IMG/VR virus record: IMGVR_UViG_3300009432_001268
Span: 1 to 64,000 of that record
From: a virus
DNA length: 64,000 nucleotides
Strand: one strand, 5' to 3'
The position numbers and the translations under genes are program-made. The notes beneath the pieces were generated by a model, which did not search any database, was not told where the DNA came from, and worked only from the letters and a program-made list of their open reading frames with translations. This document shows positions 34,919-44,300 of this stretch, in pieces. How positions within the stretch are numbered: position 1 is the first letter of the stretch; every line of letters begins with the position of its first letter.

Positions 34919-35063
34919 AAAGTATTATCTTATTGAATCCGCAAAAAGAAAATGGTCATATGGCGCGTTCCCTCATACCGAAGAGGGACTGATCGAAGCG
35001 AAAAAGTATTTAAGGAACCTACAGAAGAATACAGACGAGAAGCTGGAGATCATTGAAAAGTAA
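34896..35063 (+). CDS. 55-aa hypothetical protein (absent from ORF track)
   Basis: Manual translation MPKNKKNKKYYLIESAKRKWSYGAFPHTEEG...IIEK. Confidence 0.55.
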   Translation: MPKNKKNKKYYLIESAKRKWSYGAFPHTEEGLIEAKKYLRNLQKNTDEKLEIIEK

Positions 35064-35064
35064 C

Positions 35065-35093
35065 TTGACATCTCTCCCCGAAACCCCCATGCT
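35065..35093 (+). promoter_or_regulatory. sigma70-like promoter, CCCC-box class
   Basis: TTGACA-TCTCT-CCCC-GAAACCCC-CATGCT upstream of nrdJ. Confidence 0.6.
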
Positions 35094-35137
35094 TGCCTTT
35101 CGGCCCTAATAAAGGCCCCCATATATAATTTTACATA

Positions 35138-37072
35138 ATGAAACAAGACACCGCTATCATCACCCCCGACTTTCTAAAGAAGTATAAAAATAAACAACCT
35201 AAGTGGGGCTTTAACGGCTTGGGGTACATCGTTTACAAGAGAACCTATTCTCGCGCCAAGGCAGACGGAACCCTCGAAGAATGGCACGAAACCGTAGCTC
35301 GATGCATTAACGGAGCTCAAAAAATAGGCGCTAAGTATACCAAAAAGGAAGCGGAAAGATTATTCGATTTAGTTTTTAATTTAAAATGCAACTTCGCAGG
35401 TCGCGGACTCTGGCAACTAGGAACCTCTACCGTTGATCGATTCGGAGGAAACAGTTTGCTTAATTGTTGGTTTACGGCCATCAAGAAGCCGGAGGACTTT
35501 TGTTTTATTTTCGAGAACTTAATGCTCGGAGGAGGAGTAGGCTACTCCATTAGAAGGGAAGACATTCACGAGCTTCCTCGCGTCAAAAAGAACGTAGGAA
35601 TTACCGTACAGAACACTAATGACGCAGACTTTATTGTGTCAGACAGCAGAGAAGGATGGGTAAGATTACTGTCTAAAGTCTTAGATTCCTACTTTTTCTC
35701 GGGAAAATCTTTTTCGTACTCTACCGTTCTTGTTAGGAGCGCCGGGAAACCCATTCAGGGTTTTGGCGGTACAGCCAGCGGCCCTGAAATCTTAATTGAA
35801 GGAATAAGCAAGATAGGTGGAGTAATAAAAGCCAGAGAAGGTAAAAAGCTTCGAAGCTTGGATGTTTTAGATATCGCCAATATCATTGGCTCTGTTGTTG
35901 TGGCCGGTAATGTTCGCCGTTCCGCTGAAATAGCCTTGGGAGACCCTGACGACTACCTATATATAAAAGCAAAGCGCTGGGACTTGGGCAATATCCCTAA
36001 CTGGAGAGCCATGAGTAACAATACCATCTATTGCGACAGCTACGATCATATCGCAGAAGGTATTTGGGATGGTTACGGGGGCAACGGAGAGCCTTACGGA
36101 TTCTTTAACCTTGGCCTAAGTTCCAAGTTTGGGCGGACAGGAGAAAAAAGCAAAGAAAACTGCGAAGGCACCAACCCTTGCGGAGAAATTTCGCTCGCAG
36201 ATAAAGAGTGCTGCAATTTAGCGGAACTTTATTTAAACAACATTGAGTCGAAGCAGGAAATGATTGAATGCGCAACGCTTCTTTACAAAACTCAAAAAGC
36301 AATCTGTGCTCTCCCATTTATCCACGAAGACACAAATAAAATTGTCCACAAGAACTTTAGAATAGGACAAGGCATTACTGGAATTTGCCAATGCCTTCAT
36401 GACGACAAACTTGAATGGCTTGACGACTGTTACAAAGCTCTACGCAAATACGACCAAGAATGGAGCAAGAAGAATGGATGGCCAGAGAGCATAAAGCTCA
36501 CTACTGTGAAGCCCAGCGGAACCTTAAGTCTCCTAGCTGGAGCAACTCCGGGAGTTCACCCCGCTTTTTCTCAGTACTACATCAGGAGGGTTAGGATGTC
36601 GAGTGAAGATGCACTGGTTCAAATTTGCCGCGAAATGAACTACCACGTTGAGTACGTCAAGAATTTTGATGGCTCCCTAAATCGCGATACGGTCGTTGTG
36701 GAGTTTCCCTGCAAATCAGGCAAGAACGCCGTGCTTGCGGAAGACACAAAAGCAACCGATCAGCTAGAGCTGGTAAAGAGAATACAAAAAGAGTGGTCTG
36801 ACAACGCAGTTTCTTGCACCGTCTATTACAAAAAAGAAGAGCTGGAAGAGATAAAAGAATGGCTAAGGAAAAACTACAAAAACAACATTAAAAGTGTTTC
36901 TTTCTTATTGCACCAAGATCACGGCTTCGACCAAGCTCCTTACGAAAAAATAGACGAAGAAACCTACCGAAAACTTTCTCTAGCCGTCAAAAAAGTAACT
37001 CCAGCTAAAGTCGGGAACGGTCACGTGCTGGAAGGACTTGAATGCGAAGGGGGAGCATGCCCGATAAGATAA
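35138..37072 (+). CDS. nrdJ: class II adenosylcobalamin-dependent ribonucleotide reductase (monomeric RTPR type)
   Basis: YKRTYSR, AGRGLW, NC, AGNVRRSA, TNPCGE, CNL, TTVKPSGT, C-terminal CEGGACP. Confidence 0.95.
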   Translation: MKQDTAIITPDFLKKYKNKQPKWGFNGLGYIVYKRTYSRAKADGTLEEWHETVARCINGAQKIGAKYTKKEAERLFDLVFNLKCNFAGRGLWQLGTSTVDRFGGNSLLNCWFTAIKKPEDFCFIFENLMLGGGVGYSIRREDIHELPRVKKNVGITVQNTNDADFIVSDSREGWVRLLSKVLDSYFFSGKSFSYSTVLVRSAGKPIQGFGGTASGPEILIEGISKIGGVIKAREGKKLRSLDVLDIANIIGSVVVAGNVRRSAEIALGDPDDYLYIKAKRWDLGNIPNWRAMSNNTIYCDSYDHIAEGIWDGYGGNGEPYGFFNLGLSSKFGRTGEKSKENCEGTNPCGEISLADKECCNLAELYLNNIESKQEMIECATLLYKTQKAICALPFIHEDTNKIVHKNFRIGQGITGICQCLHDDKLEWLDDCYKALRKYDQEWSKKNGWPESIKLTTVKPSGTLSLLAGATPGVHPAFSQYYIRRVRMSSEDALVQICREMNYHVEYVKNFDGSLNRDTVVVEFPCKSGKNAVLAEDTKATDQLELVKRIQKEWSDNAVSCTVYYKKEELEEIKEWLRKNYKNNIKSVSFLLHQDHGFDQAPYEKIDEETYRKLSLAVKKVTPAKVGNGHVLEGLECEGGACPIR

Positions 37073-37076
37073 TTTT

Positions 37077-37340
37077 ATGCCTAGGGTGAAACACGGAGAA
37101 GGAGAGGCTTCTTTGATGGGCTTTCCGACGGCAAACATAGATCTTGAGTGTGAAAAAGGTGTTTATCTTTGTGAAACGAACTATGGACACGGCCTAGCAA
37201 TTTGCGCTTTTGAAAACGAAGTCGAAGTTCATTTGGTAGGATTTGAAGGCAATATTTATGGGAAAAATCTTGATATAAAAAAAATGAAGCCTATAAACAA
37301 AAGAAGAATTCTCGAAATAGCGATTTTAATCAATGACTAA
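37077..37340 (+). CDS. riboflavin kinase (flavokinase) domain, short
   Basis: HG.G...GFPTAN, GVY, EVHL..F.GNIYG. Confidence 0.75.
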   Translation: MPRVKHGEGEASLMGFPTANIDLECEKGVYLCETNYGHGLAICAFENEVEVHLVGFEGNIYGKNLDIKKMKPINKRRILEIAILIND

Positions 37341-38115
37341 CTCGTCAACCCAATTAGATCACTCAAAAGTAAATATATTTTACCCTGTCATTGGCTATAC
37401 AGGGATGGTTCACTCTGAATACATGATGAGCACCATAAACCTACTACTTTTGTGTAGGCAGAAGGGAATTAATCTCGGCATGAGATCTATTTGGTTTGAG
37501 AGTCTTATAAGTAGAGCAAGGAACGCTTCCGCAGCTTTCATGCTGGCTAAAGACTATACCCACTTGCTTTTTGTGGACACTGACGTAATCTTCGATGCCC
37601 ACGACGTCTTGAAACTAGTAGACCAACAGAAGGAAGTCGTGGTTGGAGTTTACCCCAAAAAATATTGGAGCCATCAAAAAATGCAAGCGATGGGTTCTTC
37701 TGGAAAAATCCCAGAACAGTGGAGACATTTAGCCACGGACTTTTCCACTGAACTCCCGCCAGCATCGTACACTAAAAGCAAAACAGGACAATCGGTGGAG
37801 GCTAACTATGCAGCTACCGGCTTTATGCTAATAAGTCGATCCTGCATAGAAAAAATAATTAAAGCCAGACCTGACATAAAATATACTAATGATATTGACG
37901 GATACATGGATGCCGGAGACAATTTCCATGACATCTTTCAGTGCAAAGTGAACCCTGACACCAAAAAGTACGAAAGCGAAGACTACGGCTTCTGCAAGAT
38001 GTGGAAGTCTTTGGGCGGAGAGATCACCGTTGTCCCAGATATCTCTTTGGGTCACCGCGGGTTCAACACTTACTATGGAAACCTTAAATTTCAGTCTAAC
38101 TACTTCAATCTTTAA
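37333..38115 (+). CDS. GT-A fold glycosyltransferase-like protein
   Basis: ESLISRARN, THLLFVDTD, G.YPKK, ATGFMLI, SEDYGFC..W, H.G. Confidence 0.75.
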   Translation: MTNSSTQLDHSKVNIFYPVIGYTGMVHSEYMMSTINLLLLCRQKGINLGMRSIWFESLISRARNASAAFMLAKDYTHLLFVDTDVIFDAHDVLKLVDQQKEVVVGVYPKKYWSHQKMQAMGSSGKIPEQWRHLATDFSTELPPASYTKSKTGQSVEANYAATGFMLISRSCIEKIIKARPDIKYTNDIDGYMDAGDNFHDIFQCKVNPDTKKYESEDYGFCKMWKSLGGEITVVPDISLGHRGFNTYYGNLKFQSNYFNL

Positions 38116-38165
38116 TTAAAAATTCCCTAGTTGAGCTTCTTGAATGTAATAAACCTTAGACGCAC

Positions 38166-38363
38166 ATGTCAGACCTCCCCTATAGCGAAGAATCCTTTAT
38201 GCTAAAACAGGCCGTTTGCAAACTCATGGAAGTCTCCCTAGACCTTGGAACCAACCGCGGAAACGCTCTTAACGGAGAATTCAAAAAAATGGACGACCTT
38301 TTGAACCTAATGAGCAGAGTTAAAAACAATATGGAGAAAAAAAATGAACATCTCAGAATTTGA
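38166..38363 (+). CDS. hypothetical protein
   Basis: 65-aa ORF; ATGTAAT upstream. Confidence 0.5.
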   Translation: MSDLPYSEESFMLKQAVCKLMEVSLDLGTNRGNALNGEFKKMDDLLNLMSRVKNNMEKKNEHLRI

Positions 38364-38538
38364 AAGAGGAAAGCCCATACAAACCCATAAACTCCTCACC
38401 AGACTAATAAAAAAATACAAAAAGATAGTAGACGAATTGCCCCTTATGGACGACGAAGACGCTATAAAGGTGGAGATGTCAGCTGATTTCATAAGGGAGC
38501 TAACAACCCTAAAAAAAACTTTTGAAAAGGGGCAATAA
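38344..38538 (+). CDS. hypothetical protein
   Basis: 64-aa ORF overlapping the previous gene. Confidence 0.55.
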   Translation: MNISEFERGKPIQTHKLLTRLIKKYKKIVDELPLMDDEDAIKVEMSADFIRELTTLKKTFEKGQ

Positions 38539-38556
38539 CGAGTAAAATAATAACGT

Positions 38557-38778
38557 ATGTCTAATTACCTTAAGATAATGCTGGAGTCCTCGCGCCGATG
38601 CTCGGCCGCTACCCAAGACGCCGCCAACGATGCTCGAAACGCCGCAGACGAAGCCTGCTCTCATGCCAAGGAGATAGACTCTATGGCTACTGAGGCAGCC
38701 AACAGGGCCGTAGAGGCGAACGAGAGGGTCAAGGTCCTCGAAGCTAAGCTAACGGCTCAGAACGCAGATCCTGCCTGA
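38557..38778 (+). CDS. alanine-rich coiled-coil protein
   Basis: AA..A...A heptads. Confidence 0.6.
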   Translation: MSNYLKIMLESSRRCSAATQDAANDARNAADEACSHAKEIDSMATEAANRAVEANERVKVLEAKLTAQNADPA

Positions 38779-38783
38779 TGATT

Positions 38784-38855
38784 TACTACCACGTTAAAGG
38801 AGGGTTGTTCGCAGGTTCTCCTTACTGAGTGGTTGTGTTTTCAAAGAACCTGCAT
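38784..38855 (+). ncRNA. 72-nt structured RNA element, copy B
   Basis: 61/72 identical to the reverse complement of 2066-2137. Confidence 0.65.
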
Positions 38856-38864
38856 TAATTTTTA

Positions 38865-39083
38865 ATGGGCGAAAAAACCACAATTACCTGTCTCTGCCAT
38901 ATCGAAGTGGATGATAACGAGTATGAGGCGCTTACCATAGTCGACGACATGTTGGGAAACAAGCACTCAGTAATTGATATTAATACTGGCCTACTTTCAG
39001 AAAAAATAACTTTAATAGTAAACGAAACTATTACGACCACAGCGCACGGATGCGGAGTAAGATACAAGAAAGAAAAGGTTTAA
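38865..39083 (+). CDS. hypothetical protein
   Basis: 72-aa ORF in the operon. Confidence 0.5.
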   Translation: MGEKTTITCLCHIEVDDNEYEALTIVDDMLGNKHSVIDINTGLLSEKITLIVNETITTTAHGCGVRYKKEKV

Positions 39084-39084
39084 A

Positions 39085-39663
39085 ATGGGAATGTTCGATG
39101 AGATAATGGTGCCAAAGGGATATCTGAAGAGCCTTCTAAACGAAGAAGACGAGAAGCTGTTGGAGAAAAACCACCTCTTTCAGACCAAAGACTTGGACAA
39201 TTTGATGGATCTTTACAAAGTCCACCGTCAATATCTTTACAAAAAGAAAAAGGAGGCTCTCCCCTTCGAAGAGTGGGAGAAAGTAAAAAAGAATGTCGTC
39301 ATTCGCTTTCATGACTACCTAACAAGCAAAAATCACGACGAATACTCTATAGAATTTCAATTCAGCTTTAAGAACGGAAAAGTAGACAAGAAAGAACTGC
39401 TTAAATTCACACTAGAATCAACCAAGAAAGAATCGGAAGAGACTCAAAAAATGTGGGACACCGAACAAAAAATATTCGGCTCCTACAGAGACCACTCCCT
39501 TAAATACAGACTCTTCTCCCGAATGGAAAACTGCTTCCAGAAAATGACAAACTGGGCCAGAAACAAACACTGCATACCCCTTAATATACGCCAAGAAGCG
39601 TATGAAAAATCGGGACGACTTAAAAAAGATCCCCACTGTTTGGATTTGCACAAAGACCTGTAG
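39085..39663 (+). CDS. hypothetical phage protein (MGMFD family)
   Basis: MGMFD...FQTKDL pattern. Confidence 0.7.
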   Translation: MGMFDEIMVPKGYLKSLLNEEDEKLLEKNHLFQTKDLDNLMDLYKVHRQYLYKKKKEALPFEEWEKVKKNVVIRFHDYLTSKNHDEYSIEFQFSFKNGKVDKKELLKFTLESTKKESEETQKMWDTEQKIFGSYRDHSLKYRLFSRMENCFQKMTNWARNKHCIPLNIRQEAYEKSGRLKKDPHCLDLHKDL

Positions 39664-39676
39664 ACGAAGTTTGCAA

Positions 39677-39796
39677 ATGGCCAAAAAAAGTAAATTAACC
39701 AGATCACCACAATGGAGAAAACATTTGCGTAAATTTTGGCAAAGAGTATTTTGGAAGAAAGAAAGACAAAACAACAAAAAAGAACTTAAAGAATGA
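39677..39796 (+). CDS. small basic hypothetical protein
   Basis: MAKKSKLTRSPQWRKHLR; stop overlaps the next ATG. Confidence 0.55.
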   Translation: MAKKSKLTRSPQWRKHLRKFWQRVFWKKERQNNKKELKE

Positions 39797-40113
39797 AAAT
39801 AATAACCTATATGAAACCATCCTGTGGATGGAGTAATGGAGTTCGAGCAATAATGCGTAAGTACGACTTGCCGTTTGAGGATCGAGATATAATTAACGAC
39901 TCCGAACACCGACAAGAAATGATACAAAAAACAAACCAAATGCTACAACCCTGCGTCGAGATTAACGGCAAAATGCTGGTTGACGTTAGCGGTGAAGAAG
40001 TCGAAGCTTACCTGTTGTCTAATAGTCTGGTGAACATCAACGAAAAAGAGGCAGACGTTCCCACTGACCGAGCATGCGAAAGTGAAACGGTTAATGTTAA
40101 ATTTAAACCATGA
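39793..40113 (+). CDS. glutaredoxin-like protein (CGWS)
   Basis: Y.KPSCGWS, TNQ..QPCVEING. Confidence 0.85.
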   Translation: MKIITYMKPSCGWSNGVRAIMRKYDLPFEDRDIINDSEHRQEMIQKTNQMLQPCVEINGKMLVDVSGEEVEAYLLSNSLVNINEKEADVPTDRACESETVNVKFKP

Positions 40114-40517
40114 CAACAGAAGAATCCCTTAACAAAACTTGGTTCATAGATATTGACGGAACCATAGTCAAACACTTATATAATCAAGATATTGACTTGG
40201 CGATAGACTCCTTAGGTGAGAAAAGCCACACTCTAGAGACGCCTATTAAAAAAAGCGTCAGCTTCCTTAAAGACCTTCCCAAGGAAGACACTGTTGTGCT
40301 CACCACAGCAAGAGACGGCAAGCACAAAGATCATACAGAAAGAATGCTTAAGCATTTTGGGGTAAGGTACGATCGAATAATGTTTGACTTGAGAGCCGGG
40401 CCTCGTTATTTGATAAACGACATAAAACCTGTCGGGACAGCCGGAAATGCGGCACCAATAAACACCGCTTACTCTTTAAACGTTAAAAGAGACGAGGGAA
40501 TTGATTTGCAGATATAA
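40110..40517 (+). CDS. HAD-superfamily phosphatase (cap-less)
   Basis: FIDIDGT, TTAR, IND. Confidence 0.8.
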   Translation: MTTEESLNKTWFIDIDGTIVKHLYNQDIDLAIDSLGEKSHTLETPIKKSVSFLKDLPKEDTVVLTTARDGKHKDHTERMLKHFGVRYDRIMFDLRAGPRYLINDIKPVGTAGNAAPINTAYSLNVKRDEGIDLQI

Positions 40518-40523
40518 ATACCA

Positions 40524-41171
40524 ATGGAGAAAGAGAAGGGGGCGAAAAAACATGATCTTTTTATCACCGACTTGTGGGAGTTTGACTTCCCTTACCATGA
40601 TCAATTCAAACCTCAGGTTCTAGACTTCGTTGCTTCTTCGAAACCTCAAGAGCACATTAACCAAACAGGAAACCCGTCTTTAAATTCTTATGGAGGAGAT
40701 GAGTTGAGTTTTGACGAAGATAGAAGCATCTTCTCTTTTTTTAAGACTCAAGCCCTTAAGCTTCTAAAAGAAGTCGAAAAAATCCATGATTGGGACAGCG
40801 GGGAATGGGATCGTCTTGATCCGTGGTTAAATGTAAACCGAAAAGGAAACTTTAACCCTCCTCACGTGCATCCGGGAAACGATTATTCAGGATGCTACTA
40901 CGCCAGCTTTCCGGAGAACTCAGGACTTATTCATTTTCTAGACCCTCGCCCTCAACACAGATTCTCATCCCCTAACCCTAAAAGTAAAGAAAATGAAAAC
41001 TGGTACCTTTCAGATAACCCTTACGACACAAGTTTATTTACTCACAAAATAAAGGAGGGAAAAGTTGTTATATTCCCCTCTTGGCTCACCCACTATGTCG
41101 ACCCCAACCCTACCGACTCCCTTAGGATATCCATCCCCTTTAACGCTAAATATACCCAGTATGGAAATTAA
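40524..41171 (+). CDS. 2OG-Fe(II) oxygenase (TIGR02466-like)
   Basis: W.NVN..G.FN.PHVH, SGCYY, DPR, IFPSWL.H.V.PN, RISI.FN. Confidence 0.9.
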   Translation: MEKEKGAKKHDLFITDLWEFDFPYHDQFKPQVLDFVASSKPQEHINQTGNPSLNSYGGDELSFDEDRSIFSFFKTQALKLLKEVEKIHDWDSGEWDRLDPWLNVNRKGNFNPPHVHPGNDYSGCYYASFPENSGLIHFLDPRPQHRFSSPNPKSKENENWYLSDNPYDTSLFTHKIKEGKVVIFPSWLTHYVDPNPTDSLRISIPFNAKYTQYGN

Positions 41172-41373
41172 AAAAGAAAACTTAATCTATTTCGTTAACT
41201 TTGTGAACGAATGTTGCGCCGTAATGGACGACGACTATGTTGGGGAGTGGGTTACCACTCCAAATTCAGATCTGAACATGGAGAGACCCTTTGATTTAAT
41301 AGGTGAGGAAGTTGGTAGAAATAAACTTTACCGCCTTTTATATTTTATTGGAATAGGCGAGGCCGACCTTTAA
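41161..41373 (+). CDS. Xre/MbcA/ParS antitoxin C-terminal-domain-like protein
   Basis: EWVTTPNSDLNMERPFDLI...G...L..LL..I..G. Confidence 0.6.
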   Translation: MEIKKENLIYFVNFVNECCAVMDDDYVGEWVTTPNSDLNMERPFDLIGEEVGRNKLYRLLYFIGIGEADL

Positions 41374-44300
41374 ACTTCTGGAACACTACTTACTATAACA
41401 GTCGTGCCATCGGGAAATTGGGTTCGGGTAACCAAGAAAACTACTCCGTTAACAGTTTCTCGATTCGTAAAGTTCGTGACATTGGAGCTACTGGCCGGAA
41501 TATCGTCTTGGTTATTTATCTCAAATTCAACCACGGTAGCGTCCAGCAAGACCTCAAAGTTCCCTACTGTATCGTTAGTTCCTCCCGAAAATATCAAAGA
41601 GGTATCCCCTTTTACCTCTATGGCCCCTTTAGGAACCGTAACCGTTATCTTTTCGTCTGAATTAAGAACGAACAGGGCCTCAAGTGGAGCTCCACTGTAT
41701 GTGTCAAAAAACACCCCAGTTACAGGAGTAAACCCAGCACCAGAAACCTCAATAGTCGACCCCGTTATGCCTCTGCTCGGGGAGTAGCCTGTAGCGTTTA
41801 CCTGTGTTCCTTGGATAATAAATTCATCAGGGAACCTAGTTACCTGATTGGCTAAATAACCAGCAGAAACTGAGGATGAATAGCCCTCTTGAGAAGGAAG
41901 ATCCCAAGGATTACTAATGAATAACTTTCCTGTTCCAACAAACCCGTCATCGATTTGAAAATCAATAGTATTGTAAAAAGTATTGGGATAAGATTCGATA
42001 CCGCTCCCCGAACTAAAACCGCTAATCGGCCAAAGATGAACTTGGTTTATTCCATTAGAGTTACCTGTCCCTGAAATCCCCACGCTAAGTGACCCACTAG
42101 TCATAGACCCATCGCTATTCAACCCTGTTATTCTAATACTGCTCCCCGAAACCACCGTGTTAGAGACGTTAAAACCAGTCACCCCTGTTATTACAGCCAG
42201 CGGAAAAACTTCAGACAATGAATTTGATGCGTTTGGATTTTCCCTTCCAGATATAAAAATATCCCCAAACTTAATTCCGGTTGGAACTAAAGCCGTTATA
42301 GTCTCTACCCCAAGACTGCTGGTAGAGTTGGTCAAATTTTCGGAGCTCACTGACCCCCCTAGTGGATTAATAAAGTTAACATCCAAACCGGTTACGTTTT
42401 GACCGCTAAGGGTAAAAGTATGACCGGGAAGAAAATAGTTAGAAAATCCAGATATTTTTGTGACGTTAATCTCTGAGGGAGACTCAGTTACTCGGCCCTT
42501 AAAATCTCGCAGCTCAAAAATACCACTTCCGCTGTTTATTAAAGTGGGGACCTGAAAGGATAATATTGAAGGGGTTTTTTGGTTAAAAGTATTTAATATA
42601 AAAGAGGATGAGCTTCCCGAGAAAGCCACGCCCGTAACTAAATGCATCCTGTCCCCAGTAACGGACATGAAGTCTCCCTCCTTAAAGACTTGGTCATCAT
42701 TAAATGTTTCGGGCTTCTCTTCCATGCCCAAATAAAATCCACTGATAGAAGGCTTACTGGGAGACACTCCTAACACTCTAATTGAAGAAGCAAACCCACC
42801 GCTTGTGTTTACATTTATTGTGTCACTAGGAGAATTGTCTGGAATGACAAAAGTAAAACCTGTCTCTGATGGGTGAGAGTAGCCAGACACCACGTAGTTT
42901 GGCCCAACAGAAAGACCGCTTTCTTTTATTCCCTCAAAATAACCGGAAACACTTATCGACTCTCCGAATTCTCCACTTAAAGGCTCGAACCCACTTAAAG
43001 TGGGAGACTTAAAAGTACCAATTGTTTGCAGAGTACTATATGACCTTTTATTCTTAACCCTTAATTTATAATTAATTCCAGTTTGAAATGAGTTAGGGTA
43101 GTCAAAAACTATCTCGGTATTATTAGCGTTATATCCACTAACAGGAAGTTCACCCATAAAACGAGAAGGAGCTGCATTATGGTCCTGAAGGAAAACCCGC
43201 GTTCCTGAATAGAGATTTGTACCTATTATTGTCCCCGTAGAACCGGGCTGAACTTCTGTAGAAGGAGTAACAGAAGTTATAGTAGGTGTCCCTAACCCAA
43301 AGAAACCATTGGATACAGTTGTAGTTCCAAAAAATCCTGAGGCTGTTACGTTAAAGCTTTCCCCCAAAGTCCCCACGGGCATTGAGCTAGAAAGAGAAAG
43401 GGATATGGATTCTCCCGGCACACCACCTATTATTGTGGTGACAGCCTCAGAACCCACTCCCACGTTTCCTCCGTTAACAGGAACTAAATTTACACCCGTA
43501 ACAGAATAGAGATCACTTCCTTGAATTTGAAGGATGTCTCCCGCCACCCCAGAAGAAGGGGTAATGCTAGTTATTTTCGGCGCGCCAATAGCGGGAGTAA
43601 ATGTAAAATCGGAAGGGTACTCTTCTGGATAAGAGTTGGAATAAAGAAAAACACTACTAGAAGAAATGGAAGGGTCAAGTCCCGCCGCTAAATTGCCTCC
43701 AGAGGTCATTATGCTAATACCTGAAGGTACAACTCCTGTAAGCTTAGTGTCATCAACTAAAGCAAAATTTCCTGTTTGCCCTCCTATATTCACTAAATAC
43801 TTCTCAAACTCTATCCCTGAATACAAAATACCCGAAGTGAAATTCTTCCCAGATATATGCGTAATGTCTCCGGTTTCTATAGCGTTTCTTATTCCCGTTA
43901 TCTCCGCTAACGGTTTGAAATTTATATCTGAGGAAGCCGTTACCGAAACACCGCTCTTCAAAAGAAGGTTTGGAACTCCTCTCACGTTTCCGCTTGGAAC
44001 GGTGCCTTGTACGGTCGTGGAATTAGGGACAGCTATGTCTCCAAACTCTATAGAATTAACGGAAAACCCTGTTACTCCAGACATGGACAGCCCTTGAACC
44101 GTCAGGGTCTCTCCAGAGGTTAACTGCCCAGCGCTTAGCCCTGTAACTTCGGCAATAGGAACAAATTCATTATAGCTAATTCCACTAGCCTCAGAAAGGC
44201 TACCAAGTAAACCCGTCCTCAATGATGAGAAAACCGTAACGCCCCCATAGTCTGCGTTTGACGGCACTAAAACCTGTATTTCTTGGTCAGATATTCCAAA

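Noticed and set aside
38557-38778. Lpp/OprI-like lipoprotein or spanin
   Set aside because: Alanine zipper with EANER, but no hydrophobic signal peptide or lipobox
38775-38855. Hammerhead, pistol or HDV-like ribozyme (CUGAUGA at 38775, CCACGUUAAA at 38789)
   Set aside because: No GAAA core or required stems; these words are not conserved in copy A; an HDV P1 cannot form
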